Notes under the pieces: generated by a model | Databases searched by the model: none | Seen by the model: the letters and a program-made list of their open reading frames with translations, nothing else | What the model was told of the DNA's origin: nothing | Program-made: the position numbers and the translations under genes | Source: an uncultured Verrucomicrobiota bacterium | GTDB lineage: Bacteria > Verrucomicrobiota > Verrucomicrobiia > Limisphaerales > AAA164-E04 | NCBI GenBank assembly: GCA_964415055.1 | Contig: CAYPZD010000020.1 | Coordinates: 1-51,629, forward strand | Direction of reading: 5' to 3' | DNA: 51,629 nucleotides | In this document: positions 9,439-17,581 of the stretch, in pieces | How positions within the stretch are numbered: the first letter of the stretch is position 1 | Layout of the letters: each line of letters opens with the position of its first letter

Positions 9439-11256
9439 TCAACGAATGCCTTTGGATTCCATGTGTTTGATTTCCGATTCCCAAATGGCACGCTGATCGT
9501 TTGTAACATCCGGATCGGGCAAGAGACTGCGTCGACTGCAATGAACGAGTGCCTGCAGTGTCTGGTAGTGCCGGGTGGATTCGATGGCGGCAGGAAGGTG
9601 GTCGTTGACCACCTCGAGGATTTCTTCCAAACGCAAGTGGTCTGCCTTTTTGAGCATCTTCGTGGCGATGAGTTCTGATCGCAGTGATGCCATGGCAGCG
9701 GCTGAATAATCTGCCAGTTTGGATGACAGTGAATCGATGGTCTCTTTGGGCGGACGTTTGTCGACGACTGGTTTAAGCATCCAGTCAATAAATGCTGCGC
9801 GGTCATCATTATCCGGATCCAGTACCGGGATGATCAAATCACCGACACGCCCGGGACGTCGGAGGTCAGGCGATAGTTGATGGATGCGTGCCGTGATCAA
9901 AAGCCAGAAGACACGCCCTCTCAAGCGTGGATCGCTCATCATGGCCTGTATCTTACCGGTCAGGCGTCGTTCGGTTTCATGAGCATTGGCGCCGATGGCT
10001 CCGAACTGGGTGTCGGCTTCATCCACAAATATCAGGACCTTTGAAAGCGCTTCCAGCACGCGTCGCAATCGTTCAAAAATGACATCGGTTTGTCCGAACC
10101 ATTGGCTGCGCAGGTTTTTGAGCACCAGAACCACCATATTCAGTTCCGAAGCAACCGCCTCAAAGATGAATGTTTTGCCGCTTCCAATCGGACCACACAC
10201 CGCCGCACCCGGGAGGGCCGCTTTACCCTGAATTCGGAATCGTGGGATGAGTTCGCTGTTGAGAAAACCTTTTAATTTCCGAAAGCCAACCACGTCTTTG
10301 AGTTGATGTTCGGGCTTTTTGAATTCGACGACAGAGCCTCCCAATTGATTCTGGATGAAGGATTCGACCTTGGCGACGACTTCTGACGGTTGAAGCTTTT
10401 CGCGGGCGTGAGAGGCGCCTTTGAGCAGTTGGAGCAGCGCTTGGAGTGAAAGTCCGGCTGTTAGAGTAGCCAATTGGGTTTGACTGCTCCACAGCTTGAG
10501 TTCCTCTCCATCATTCAGATGACGATTGAACCATGAAATGAAATGTTTTCGTGTGTCTTCGTCGGGTGAAGGGATTTCTGTTTCCAGTAGGTAAGGCAGG
10601 TTGGCGAGTCGATGATGGATCAGGCTGCGTGATTCGGCCAACATGATGACCGAGTCTTCCGAACGCAAAAATCCCTGGTCACAGAACCAATCCTGGCATA
10701 TGGCCACACGTTGTCGATCCACATCGCTGAGTTGGGACATGGGGGATTCGGGAAGCAGAAGGTCGGCCCCTTCGATCAGGATCAATAGATTTTGTTTAAG
10801 GATGGGTTTGCCATTGCGTGTGGTGCGTGAACACAGGCACATCTGGCGTAGCAACTCCAAAGCCAGCGTAGGATTTCCGATGGCTTTGTTCAGGTGGTGT
10901 TCAAAAGCATCTGCCACTGAATCCAAATCCGACTTTCCTTTTTCCAACATGCGTTGGATGGCCATTTCCTCGTCGCTCATGCCTGTGCGCCATTCCACCC
11001 AGGCACGTTTCATGAGTTCGGTATGTTCTTGATGCAGGAAACGGATGGGACCATTCAACTCATGAGTGATCAGGATGAAATCCGAAAGATCCCAATGGTG
11101 TAACAGAAATGGAAGAAGTGAGACATAATCTTCAAGTTCATCCTGTTTCTTGTAAAACAAATCATGAATGTTGCCCGTCAACAGCAACGTGCGCGCCTGA
11201 CCGGAATTCAGAATACGACCTGCTTGTTTGAGAAATGGTGGCGCTTCGCGGCTCAT
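9439..11256 (-). CDS. Classical-clade AAA+ ATPase (Ycf46/SpoVK-like; degenerate N-terminal AAA plus active C-terminal AAA)
   Basis: Walker A GPIGSGKT, pore loop LRSQWFGQTD, Walker B LIFVDEAD, SRH PDLRRPGR; degenerate N-terminal module (LILIEGAD). Confidence 0.9.
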   Translation of the reverse strand: MSREAPPFLKQAGRILNSGQARTLLLTGNIHDLFYKKQDELEDYVSLLPFLLHHWDLSDFILITHELNGPIRFLHQEHTELMKRAWVEWRTGMSDEEMAIQRMLEKGKSDLDSVADAFEHHLNKAIGNPTLALELLRQMCLCSRTTRNGKPILKQNLLILIEGADLLLPESPMSQLSDVDRQRVAICQDWFCDQGFLRSEDSVIMLAESRSLIHHRLANLPYLLETEIPSPDEDTRKHFISWFNRHLNDGEELKLWSSQTQLATLTAGLSLQALLQLLKGASHAREKLQPSEVVAKVESFIQNQLGGSVVEFKKPEHQLKDVVGFRKLKGFLNSELIPRFRIQGKAALPGAAVCGPIGSGKTFIFEAVASELNMVVLVLKNLRSQWFGQTDVIFERLRRVLEALSKVLIFVDEADTQFGAIGANAHETERRLTGKIQAMMSDPRLRGRVFWLLITARIHQLSPDLRRPGRVGDLIIPVLDPDNDDRAAFIDWMLKPVVDKRPPKETIDSLSSKLADYSAAAMASLRSELIATKMLKKADHLRLEEILEVVNDHLPAAIESTRHYQTLQALVHCSRRSLLPDPDVTNDQRAIWESEIKHMESKGIR

Positions 11257-11275
11257 GATGGATGTTGCTCTAGGT

Positions 11276-12196
11276 TTAAGCTTCTACCGGTATACGGGGT
11301 TTCTTGCCGTTCGGATCAAATACCTCATTCCTGACGGCGTCACGTTGTTCTTCAAAAATCTCGAAATCTCTGGTGGCGTCCGGATCAAATACAGGGGACG
11401 GCACATCGTAAACGATGCTTGCCCCTGGCGACTCAGTTAGTTGTTCTCCCTGCCAATCCCAGTATTGGGAGAGCCCAATCAAGCGGTCACCGACATAAAT
11501 CGCCTCGTTCAGCTCGTGGGTAACGATGATCAGAGTGAATGGGGGAACTTCGCCTTGCTTCAAAGCCGTCTTGTTTTCGGCATAAAGCAGGAGCAGTGCC
11601 CGTTGAAGTTCTTCGCGCGTTGCTTCATCCAGGGCTCCGAAAGGTTCGTCGAGCAGGATGATTTCGGGTTTCATGACGAGAGCCTGTGCGATGGCAACGC
11701 GTTGGCGCATTCCGCCGGACATTTCATGCGGGTAAAGGTGCATGGCGTCGCCCAATTTGACCCGATCCAGATACTCTGCCGCTAGTTTCAAGTGTTGTTT
11801 ACGCAGTTTGCGCCAGGCGAACCAGCGGAACGTGCGGAAAGGGATGTTGGTTTCATCCAGTTTTAAGCCGATCGCGACATTTTCAAGGGCTGTCAGAAAT
11901 GGAAAGAGTGAGTAGTGTTGGTAGACAATTCCCCTATCCCGCCCGGGACCGGTGACCGGGGCCGGTGTTGCTCCTTCTTCCTTGGAGTGCACCAGGATGT
12001 TTCCTTTGCGTGGTAAATGGGTGCCGACGATGGCTCGCAGTAATGTGGATTTGCCACAGCCACTGGGACCAACAAGGCTGACAAATTGTCCGCGCTCGAT
12101 TTTGAGGTTCACATCGTAAAGAACCTTTTTGCTCCCAAACCAGTGGGATACCGATTGGCAATGCAGGGCCAGTTGAGGTGTTTGTTTGTCGGTCAT
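11276..12196 (-). CDS. ABC transporter ATP-binding protein (NitT/TauT type)
   Basis: GPSGCGKS, DRGIVYQHYSLFP, MSGGMRQR, LLDEPFGALD, VTH. Confidence 0.95.
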   Translation of the reverse strand: MTDKQTPQLALHCQSVSHWFGSKKVLYDVNLKIERGQFVSLVGPSGCGKSTLLRAIVGTHLPRKGNILVHSKEEGATPAPVTGPGRDRGIVYQHYSLFPFLTALENVAIGLKLDETNIPFRTFRWFAWRKLRKQHLKLAAEYLDRVKLGDAMHLYPHEMSGGMRQRVAIAQALVMKPEIILLDEPFGALDEATREELQRALLLLYAENKTALKQGEVPPFTLIIVTHELNEAIYVGDRLIGLSQYWDWQGEQLTESPGASIVYDVPSPVFDPDATRDFEIFEEQRDAVRNEVFDPNGKKPRIPVEA

Positions 12197-12205
12197 GGAT
12201 TGCCT

Positions 12206-13009
12206 TTAATGACGTGCTTCAAACCAGGGTGAGATTTTACGCTGAAAGACTTTCAGCATGTAGTCCATGATGAATCCGAATCCCGCCAAAAGCGCAAGAT
12301 ACGGATAGACCACATTCATGCTGAGTAATTTTGACTGGATGCGGATGCGGTATCCGAAACCGACATCACCGAACAGCATTTCGGCTGCGATCAAATACAC
12401 CATGGCTGGCCCGATCATCAAACGTGTGGCGTCAATGAGTTTTGGCAGGACCTGGGGGAAGATGATGGTCCAAATGACTTCCATGTGGGAAGCCCCCAGC
12501 GTGTAAGCCTTGTATTGAAGTTCTTCGGGGAACTCTTTGACCGCCTGGTAAACGCTGATCGCCATCGAGGGCAGGATGCCAAAGACAATCATGGTAATAT
12601 ACATTTCCATCCCCAGCCCGACGAGGGCCATGAAGACGGCGAGCACCGCCGTGGCAGGGATTTTAGCCAAAAATGAAAGTGGGGGATGAAAAAAGGCCTC
12701 CATCGGGGTGAGACATCCCATGCCGATTCCCAGCAGGCAAGCTCCGGCGACCGCAATGCCCAGTCCGGAAAAAAGTCGGATGACCGTTGCTTTGGCGTCA
12801 TCCGTCAGCCAGCGCTCCTCCGTTCGTTCATTCCAGGTGACGGTCTTCTTGACACCTTCGGTGAGTTGCGTCCAGTTGGGGATGGTGGTGTCGTTTGGAT
12901 TGGCGATGTGCTGGCGGTGTGAAAGCCAGGAATACCAGGTCAGTAGGCATACAACGGACAAAATGCCTAGCGAAATCCTGGTCAATGAACTGATTGGGCG
13001 ACGTATCAT
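12206..13009 (-). CDS. ABC transporter permease (NitT/TauT, SsuC/TauC-like)
   Basis: About 6 TM segments, EAA-like loop (YKAYTLGAS), LIAAEML...GFGYRI. Confidence 0.93.
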   Translation of the reverse strand: MIRRPISSLTRISLGILSVVCLLTWYSWLSHRQHIANPNDTTIPNWTQLTEGVKKTVTWNERTEERWLTDDAKATVIRLFSGLGIAVAGACLLGIGMGCLTPMEAFFHPPLSFLAKIPATAVLAVFMALVGLGMEMYITMIVFGILPSMAISVYQAVKEFPEELQYKAYTLGASHMEVIWTIIFPQVLPKLIDATRLMIGPAMVYLIAAEMLFGDVGFGYRIRIQSKLLSMNVVYPYLALLAGFGFIMDYMLKVFQRKISPWFEARH

Positions 13010-13042
13010 AAGTGATGTTGTTGTTGATGAAAACGAAAGCGA

Positions 13043-13067
13043 TGGATTTTGGCGATGATAAAATCCA
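13043..13067. promoter_or_regulatory. Palindrome upstream of the ABC-AAA-TAXI operon, candidate operator
   Basis: TGGATTTT-N9-AAAATCCA, about 34 nt upstream of the permease ATG. Confidence 0.4.
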
Positions 13068-13125
13068 CAAGGAATTGTAGCTGGTGTAGTCTGTCCTATC
13101 GCATGGATACGTCGAGGACGTATTT

Positions 13126-13310
13126 TCTGGAGTGCGGCGTGCAGCGCCGCTCTGGATACGATCCGTCTACGCCAGAGGTAATCAGGTATACCTGGCGATG
13201 GCTTGCACGCTGACTGTATTCGTAAAAAGTAAATGAATGCGGTTGGAGGCAGGTAACCATCACGTTTCCCTGGCGTATCCAGAGCGGTGCGGTGATCACC
13301 GCAGTCCAGA
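13126..13310. repeat. REPIN (TGGA-type REP inverted pair)
   Basis: tctggagtgcggcgtgcagcgccgctctggatacg ... cgtatccagagcggtgcggtgatcaccgcagtccaga; same family as 26573-26818. Confidence 0.8.
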
Positions 13311-13341
13311 GTTGAGCTGGGTACTTTGTTTCATCCGGGTT

Positions 13342-16341
13342 TTACTGCATCAAATACCCGAACAGATCGCGTAGTTGTTGGTCGTTGAGTCCTTCCAGGA
13401 GTCCTTCGGGCATGAGGGATAGTTTGGAGGTCGTGGTTTCTTCGATGGCTTCTTTTTCCAGGACCATGGTTTGGGTGGGGGATTTGAGGACCATGGTGGA
13501 TTGGGTTTCCGGCCCTTTGAGTCCCTCCAGTGAACGTCCGTCTTTCATGTCGACTCGCAGCATGCGGTAGTCATCGGGAACGACACGGCTGGGGAAGAGG
13601 ATATTTTCGAGGAGGTAATCCAGGTTGGATCGGTCTGAACCCGTCAAATCCGGTCCCAGATCGCCACCTGTGCCGCGAAGTTTATGGCATGTGCCGCAGA
13701 GGGCGCTGAACAACTCGCGTCCAGTCGTCAGATCAGAACGGGTAGCTTCAAGAGCGGTTAATCTATTGTGCCAGTTTTCATGGAGGACTTTTTCTTCCAG
13801 ATCCTCCTTCATTGATTCCGGCCAGATGCTTCGTATGGTTTCCAGATGGGAAGGGTCGCTCATTCTTACCATTTTCCGGCGTTCGAATGCCTTGATGTCA
13901 CGTGCCGGGATGCGTTTGTTTTGGATGCCCTTCAGTAAATGCCCGATGCCTGATGCACGACTGATCAATGTTTCGATCACCGTGTCTTTGCCATGCCGTG
14001 ACATGCCTCCATACCGGCGTGTCAGCAGGTCACCGACTTCCTCCGACCATTGTAGCGACAAACCCTGCACCGCAATGTCGCTCATTTTGCGTTCTTGCAG
14101 CATGCGTTGAAGGAATGGGGTGTTGGATGCTTTGTTTGATTTGGCGAGTGTGTCGAGTGCGTTTCGTCGGGTATGGATGTCGCGTGTCTCGTCGCCGGCG
14201 ATGGCCATCAACGTTGCATCGACGCGTCCATCTCCGAACACCACGGCCAATTCATTGAGGTAGCCTGCGATCTCGGGGTTATTCGTGCGGTTCCAACGTT
14301 GGTAGACGATTTCCCAGTTATCGGGTTGGTCGGCCTTGCTCCATCCCTGGAGGGCCTCGCTCATCCCTTGAAGGATGATGGAGACATCCTCCTCACGATT
14401 GTTCTGAATGATGCGGTTGAGCAAAGCCGTTGCGACATCAGGACTGTTCTTTATTTCCTGGGTGAGACGTCTTACGGTCCAGCGCGCCAGGTCCCGCATG
14501 GGATGTTGGTCCAGGAAGTTCAATGCGGATTCGGGGTCTGAGGAAACTTTTGGTTCCAGGCTGTGCCAGATGAGCGCCGGCAGTTGTGGATCGTCGGTGA
14601 ACATTTGCTTGGTGCCGATTATGTTTGCCAATGCCCAGGCATCACTGCTGTTCAGATGGCGCAAGACAGAAGCCAGATAAAGCAGAGTCAGTCCGGAGTC
14701 TTCCTTGCGCGCACGGTTGATCAGGGCCTTAACCACTTCAGGTGTCGGTCGGGAGCCGTTGTCCGCAAGCAAGCGAATACTCCAGGCACGCATGTTTTCG
14801 TTGGGAGCATTGAGACGACGAATCAAGGCTTCCTGGCTGATGCCACCCGTGAGTGCCTGAGCCCATAGAATGCGGAGCCGGACAGGGATGGGACGCGGTT
14901 TGGTCATTTCATTGGTAAAGAAGTCGTGAGCTGCGTCCATATCGGCTCCAGTCAGGTATCGTTCGCGCAACAGGATTCTTGATTGTCGCACCCACCAGTC
15001 GTTTGAGTGGGTTTGGAGCTGCGCCAGTTCGAGTGTCGAAAGTTGCCGTAGGTTGGGGCGTGAGTGTGGTCGCGGATCCGCGGAGTGCGCCGATGGGTAG
15101 GTGATTTTATAAATACGACCCGAGGTCCGGTGAACGCCCGTGTTTTCGTGACATTCACCCACGTCAGACCAATCCAGAACATAAACGCCCCCGTCCGGAC
15201 CGTAAGTTAAATCGATACCCCGAAACCATGGATCCCGGAAGTGGACCAAATCCGGGCGGTGGGTGGCTTTGTATCCGGCGCCGCGACGTTCGATGTGATC
15301 GTGATTGATCCGTTGTCCATGCAGGCTGAGGGCAAAACTTTCACCTCGCATGGTTGAAGGCCATTGATCGCCCAGATAGATCATCAATCCCGAGTGAGCG
15401 TGACCGCCCCCCAGTTCTGATGTGCGATCGGACATGCCTTTCCGGATGTCCATCCATTGTTCGGTGGTGTCCCAGTGAACGTGGTCGGCTGTTTGGGGAA
15501 TCAGCCGATAAAGGTTCTGGCGTTTGGGTTCCCCATACATGCGTTCGAAGTAGGAGCCCGGAACTGCATGCCAAAGGTGTCCAATGACGGTGTTGATGAA
15601 GAACAGTTCGCCGTAATCATTCCAATCATGCCCCCAGGGATTGGTGGTTCCTTCGGCCACCATTTCCACTTGTTTGAGTTGAGGATGCCAACGCCAGATG
15701 CCGCAATGAAGACGGGTTCTGTCCTCGCGTTCCGATCCCGGAGGTCCAACAAGCGAGTCGGTCAGGATGCCGTGGCGACCATACAGCCAGCCGTCCGGTC
15801 CCCACTTGATTCCATTGGCGAGGTTGTGGCGTATTTTGTCTGCGTCAAATCCATCCAGAATGACTTCGGGTTGTGTGTCGGGAATATCATCGTGATCGCG
15901 ATCCGGAATAAACAACAGCTGTGGAGGTGCGATCACCCAAACCCCACCAAGTCCGAGTTCGACACCGGTGATGCGTTGGCCTTCATCCCAGAAGACGGTG
16001 CGTCGGTCGGAGATGCCATCACCGTTTTCATCGTTCAGAATAACGATCCGGTCCCGCATGGTGAGATCGAAATTCAAGCCGCTTTCGGCATAAGTATAGT
16101 TTTCCGCTATCCAGAGGCGACCGCGTTCATCGGTGGTGAGTGCGATGGGTTGTTGAACCTCCGGTTCATGAGCGAACAAGGTGAGATGATATCCTTCAGG
16201 TCGTTCTACTGCTTTTAATGCTTCTTCCGGTGTGGTGAACGGTATGTCCGAAGGTTCACTATTGTAGGGGGCACGAAAGTCCTGGGCATGATTCAACAGA
16301 CCGGCGGACAGGAACAGGAGTAGAAGCAGATGACGTAACAT
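13342..16341 (-). CDS. PVC-type heme-binding CxxCH protein (paralog of 1069-4101)
   Basis: Start reassigned to MLRHLLLLLF (signal peptide); WGPDGWLYG, GGHAH, GPDGGVYVLDW, CGTCH, GPDLTG, SLMPEGLL. Confidence 0.92.
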   Translation of the reverse strand: MLRHLLLLLFLSAGLLNHAQDFRAPYNSEPSDIPFTTPEEALKAVERPEGYHLTLFAHEPEVQQPIALTTDERGRLWIAENYTYAESGLNFDLTMRDRIVILNDENGDGISDRRTVFWDEGQRITGVELGLGGVWVIAPPQLLFIPDRDHDDIPDTQPEVILDGFDADKIRHNLANGIKWGPDGWLYGRHGILTDSLVGPPGSEREDRTRLHCGIWRWHPQLKQVEMVAEGTTNPWGHDWNDYGELFFINTVIGHLWHAVPGSYFERMYGEPKRQNLYRLIPQTADHVHWDTTEQWMDIRKGMSDRTSELGGGHAHSGLMIYLGDQWPSTMRGESFALSLHGQRINHDHIERRGAGYKATHRPDLVHFRDPWFRGIDLTYGPDGGVYVLDWSDVGECHENTGVHRTSGRIYKITYPSAHSADPRPHSRPNLRQLSTLELAQLQTHSNDWWVRQSRILLRERYLTGADMDAAHDFFTNEMTKPRPIPVRLRILWAQALTGGISQEALIRRLNAPNENMRAWSIRLLADNGSRPTPEVVKALINRARKEDSGLTLLYLASVLRHLNSSDAWALANIIGTKQMFTDDPQLPALIWHSLEPKVSSDPESALNFLDQHPMRDLARWTVRRLTQEIKNSPDVATALLNRIIQNNREEDVSIILQGMSEALQGWSKADQPDNWEIVYQRWNRTNNPEIAGYLNELAVVFGDGRVDATLMAIAGDETRDIHTRRNALDTLAKSNKASNTPFLQRMLQERKMSDIAVQGLSLQWSEEVGDLLTRRYGGMSRHGKDTVIETLISRASGIGHLLKGIQNKRIPARDIKAFERRKMVRMSDPSHLETIRSIWPESMKEDLEEKVLHENWHNRLTALEATRSDLTTGRELFSALCGTCHKLRGTGGDLGPDLTGSDRSNLDYLLENILFPSRVVPDDYRMLRVDMKDGRSLEGLKGPETQSTMVLKSPTQTMVLEKEAIEETTTSKLSLMPEGLLEGLNDQQLRDLFGYLMQ

Positions 16342-16355
16342 GGTGAAAGAGTGGT

Positions 16356-17324
16356 TTATGAATTCACTACATTTTGAGGGGTTCCCTCCAGAAATTGCCG
16401 GACGTTTTCTACCGCCGTATTGAGCAGTCGGGTGCGGGCAGCTTTGGTTGCCCATGCTATGTGTGGGGTGATGTAGCAGTTTGGCGCCTGGTAAAGGAGG
16501 CTTTCGGACCTGGGGGGTTCGAGCTCCACCACATCAATGCCGGCACCGGCGATGCTACCGTTCATCAAGGCGTCAGCCAGAGATCGTTCATCGACCAGTG
16601 GACCGCGACTTGTGTTCAGTAACAGCGCTGTCGGCTTCATTTTTGCCAGTCGGGCATCATTGATCAGGTATTGGGTTTCGGGTGTCAGGGGGCAATGCAG
16701 GCTGATGACATCCGATTGTTCGATGACTTCATCCAACGAGGTGAATCGTGTGTCGGGGTGTTCTGAAGGATCCAGGGAGTCTCGCTTGGTCGCAATGACA
16801 TGCATGCCGAATGCCCGGGCCAGCTTGGCAACTTCCTGTCCGATACGCCCGTATCCGACAATCCCCATGGTTAATCCATCCAGCTCTATCAGGGGATGTT
16901 TCCAGAAACAAAAATCCGGACAACGCATCCAGTCACCATTCATCACTGAATCGGAATGGTTCCCAACGCGCTGTGTCAGTTCCAGAAGCAATGCCATGGT
17001 CATTTGTGCAACGGATTTGGTTCCATAAGTTGGTACGTTGGTGACAGGGATCCCCCGGCTTTTGGCTGTGGCGGTGTCCACAATGTTGAATCCGGTCGCC
17101 AGAACGCCGATGTATTGCAGTTTGGGGAGTTTGACGAGGGTATCGACCGAAATGGGAGTTTTGTTGGTCAATACAATCTCCGCTTCTTGCGCCCGATCAA
17201 TAATATCCTCCACCGCAGTGCGGTCATGGATTTCGCAGGGATCTCCCAAAGCTTGAAGACCTTCCCAGCTTAAATCTCCCGGGTTTAATGTATAACCGTC
17301 CAATACAACAATACGTTTGCTCAT
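16356..17324 (-). CDS. D-2-hydroxyacid dehydrogenase (glycerate dehydrogenase/hydroxypyruvate reductase-like)
   Basis: IVVLDGYTLNPGDL, GIVGYGRIG, SLHCPLT, NTSRG, TPHIAW; start reassigned to ATG 17324. Confidence 0.93.
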   Translation of the reverse strand: MSKRIVVLDGYTLNPGDLSWEGLQALGDPCEIHDRTAVEDIIDRAQEAEIVLTNKTPISVDTLVKLPKLQYIGVLATGFNIVDTATAKSRGIPVTNVPTYGTKSVAQMTMALLLELTQRVGNHSDSVMNGDWMRCPDFCFWKHPLIELDGLTMGIVGYGRIGQEVAKLARAFGMHVIATKRDSLDPSEHPDTRFTSLDEVIEQSDVISLHCPLTPETQYLINDARLAKMKPTALLLNTSRGPLVDERSLADALMNGSIAGAGIDVVELEPPRSESLLYQAPNCYITPHIAWATKAARTRLLNTAVENVRQFLEGTPQNVVNS

Positions 17325-17386
17325 GAGTGAATGGATCTTATCTGCAGATTTGGAAACTGACAATCTTTAGGCGTGTTTTTGGTGTG

Positions 17387-17572
17387 GGCCACTTTCTGGC
17401 GAAAGCGGCTACAAGGTAGCTCTGGGCGTCCCGCCCGGAACCTCATGGCATACAAGTTCCGGTAATGATCCGATGAAAAACCCCGAGGCATCCAACAGCA
17501 AGATACCAAATTTCGAAAATCTTTTGGAATGATGCATGCGTTGGCGGGCCCCTTTCTGGCGAAAGCAGCTAC
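17387..17572. repeat. GTAG-type REP cluster
   Basis: ggccactttctggcgaaagcggctac (17387-17412), back-to-back gtagctctgggcgtcccgcccgga (~17416-17439), ggcccctttctggcgaaagcagctac (17547-17572). Confidence 0.75.
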
Positions 17573-17581
17573 TTGGAGGCT

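Noticed and set aside
13010-13340. Guanidine (ykkC or mini-ykkC) riboswitch upstream of the ABC permease
   Set aside because: No guanidine-I consensus (CUAGGGUUCCG...AAAAGCCCGGGAG) and no paired ACGR-loop hairpins seen; the region is explained by a REPIN.
16342-16455. N-terminal extensions given in the ORF track (also 9437-9541, 35306-35428, 46798-46866, 50161-50196)
   Set aside because: They overlap neighbouring genes or precede clear signal peptides or family N-termini; downstream ATGs were used instead.
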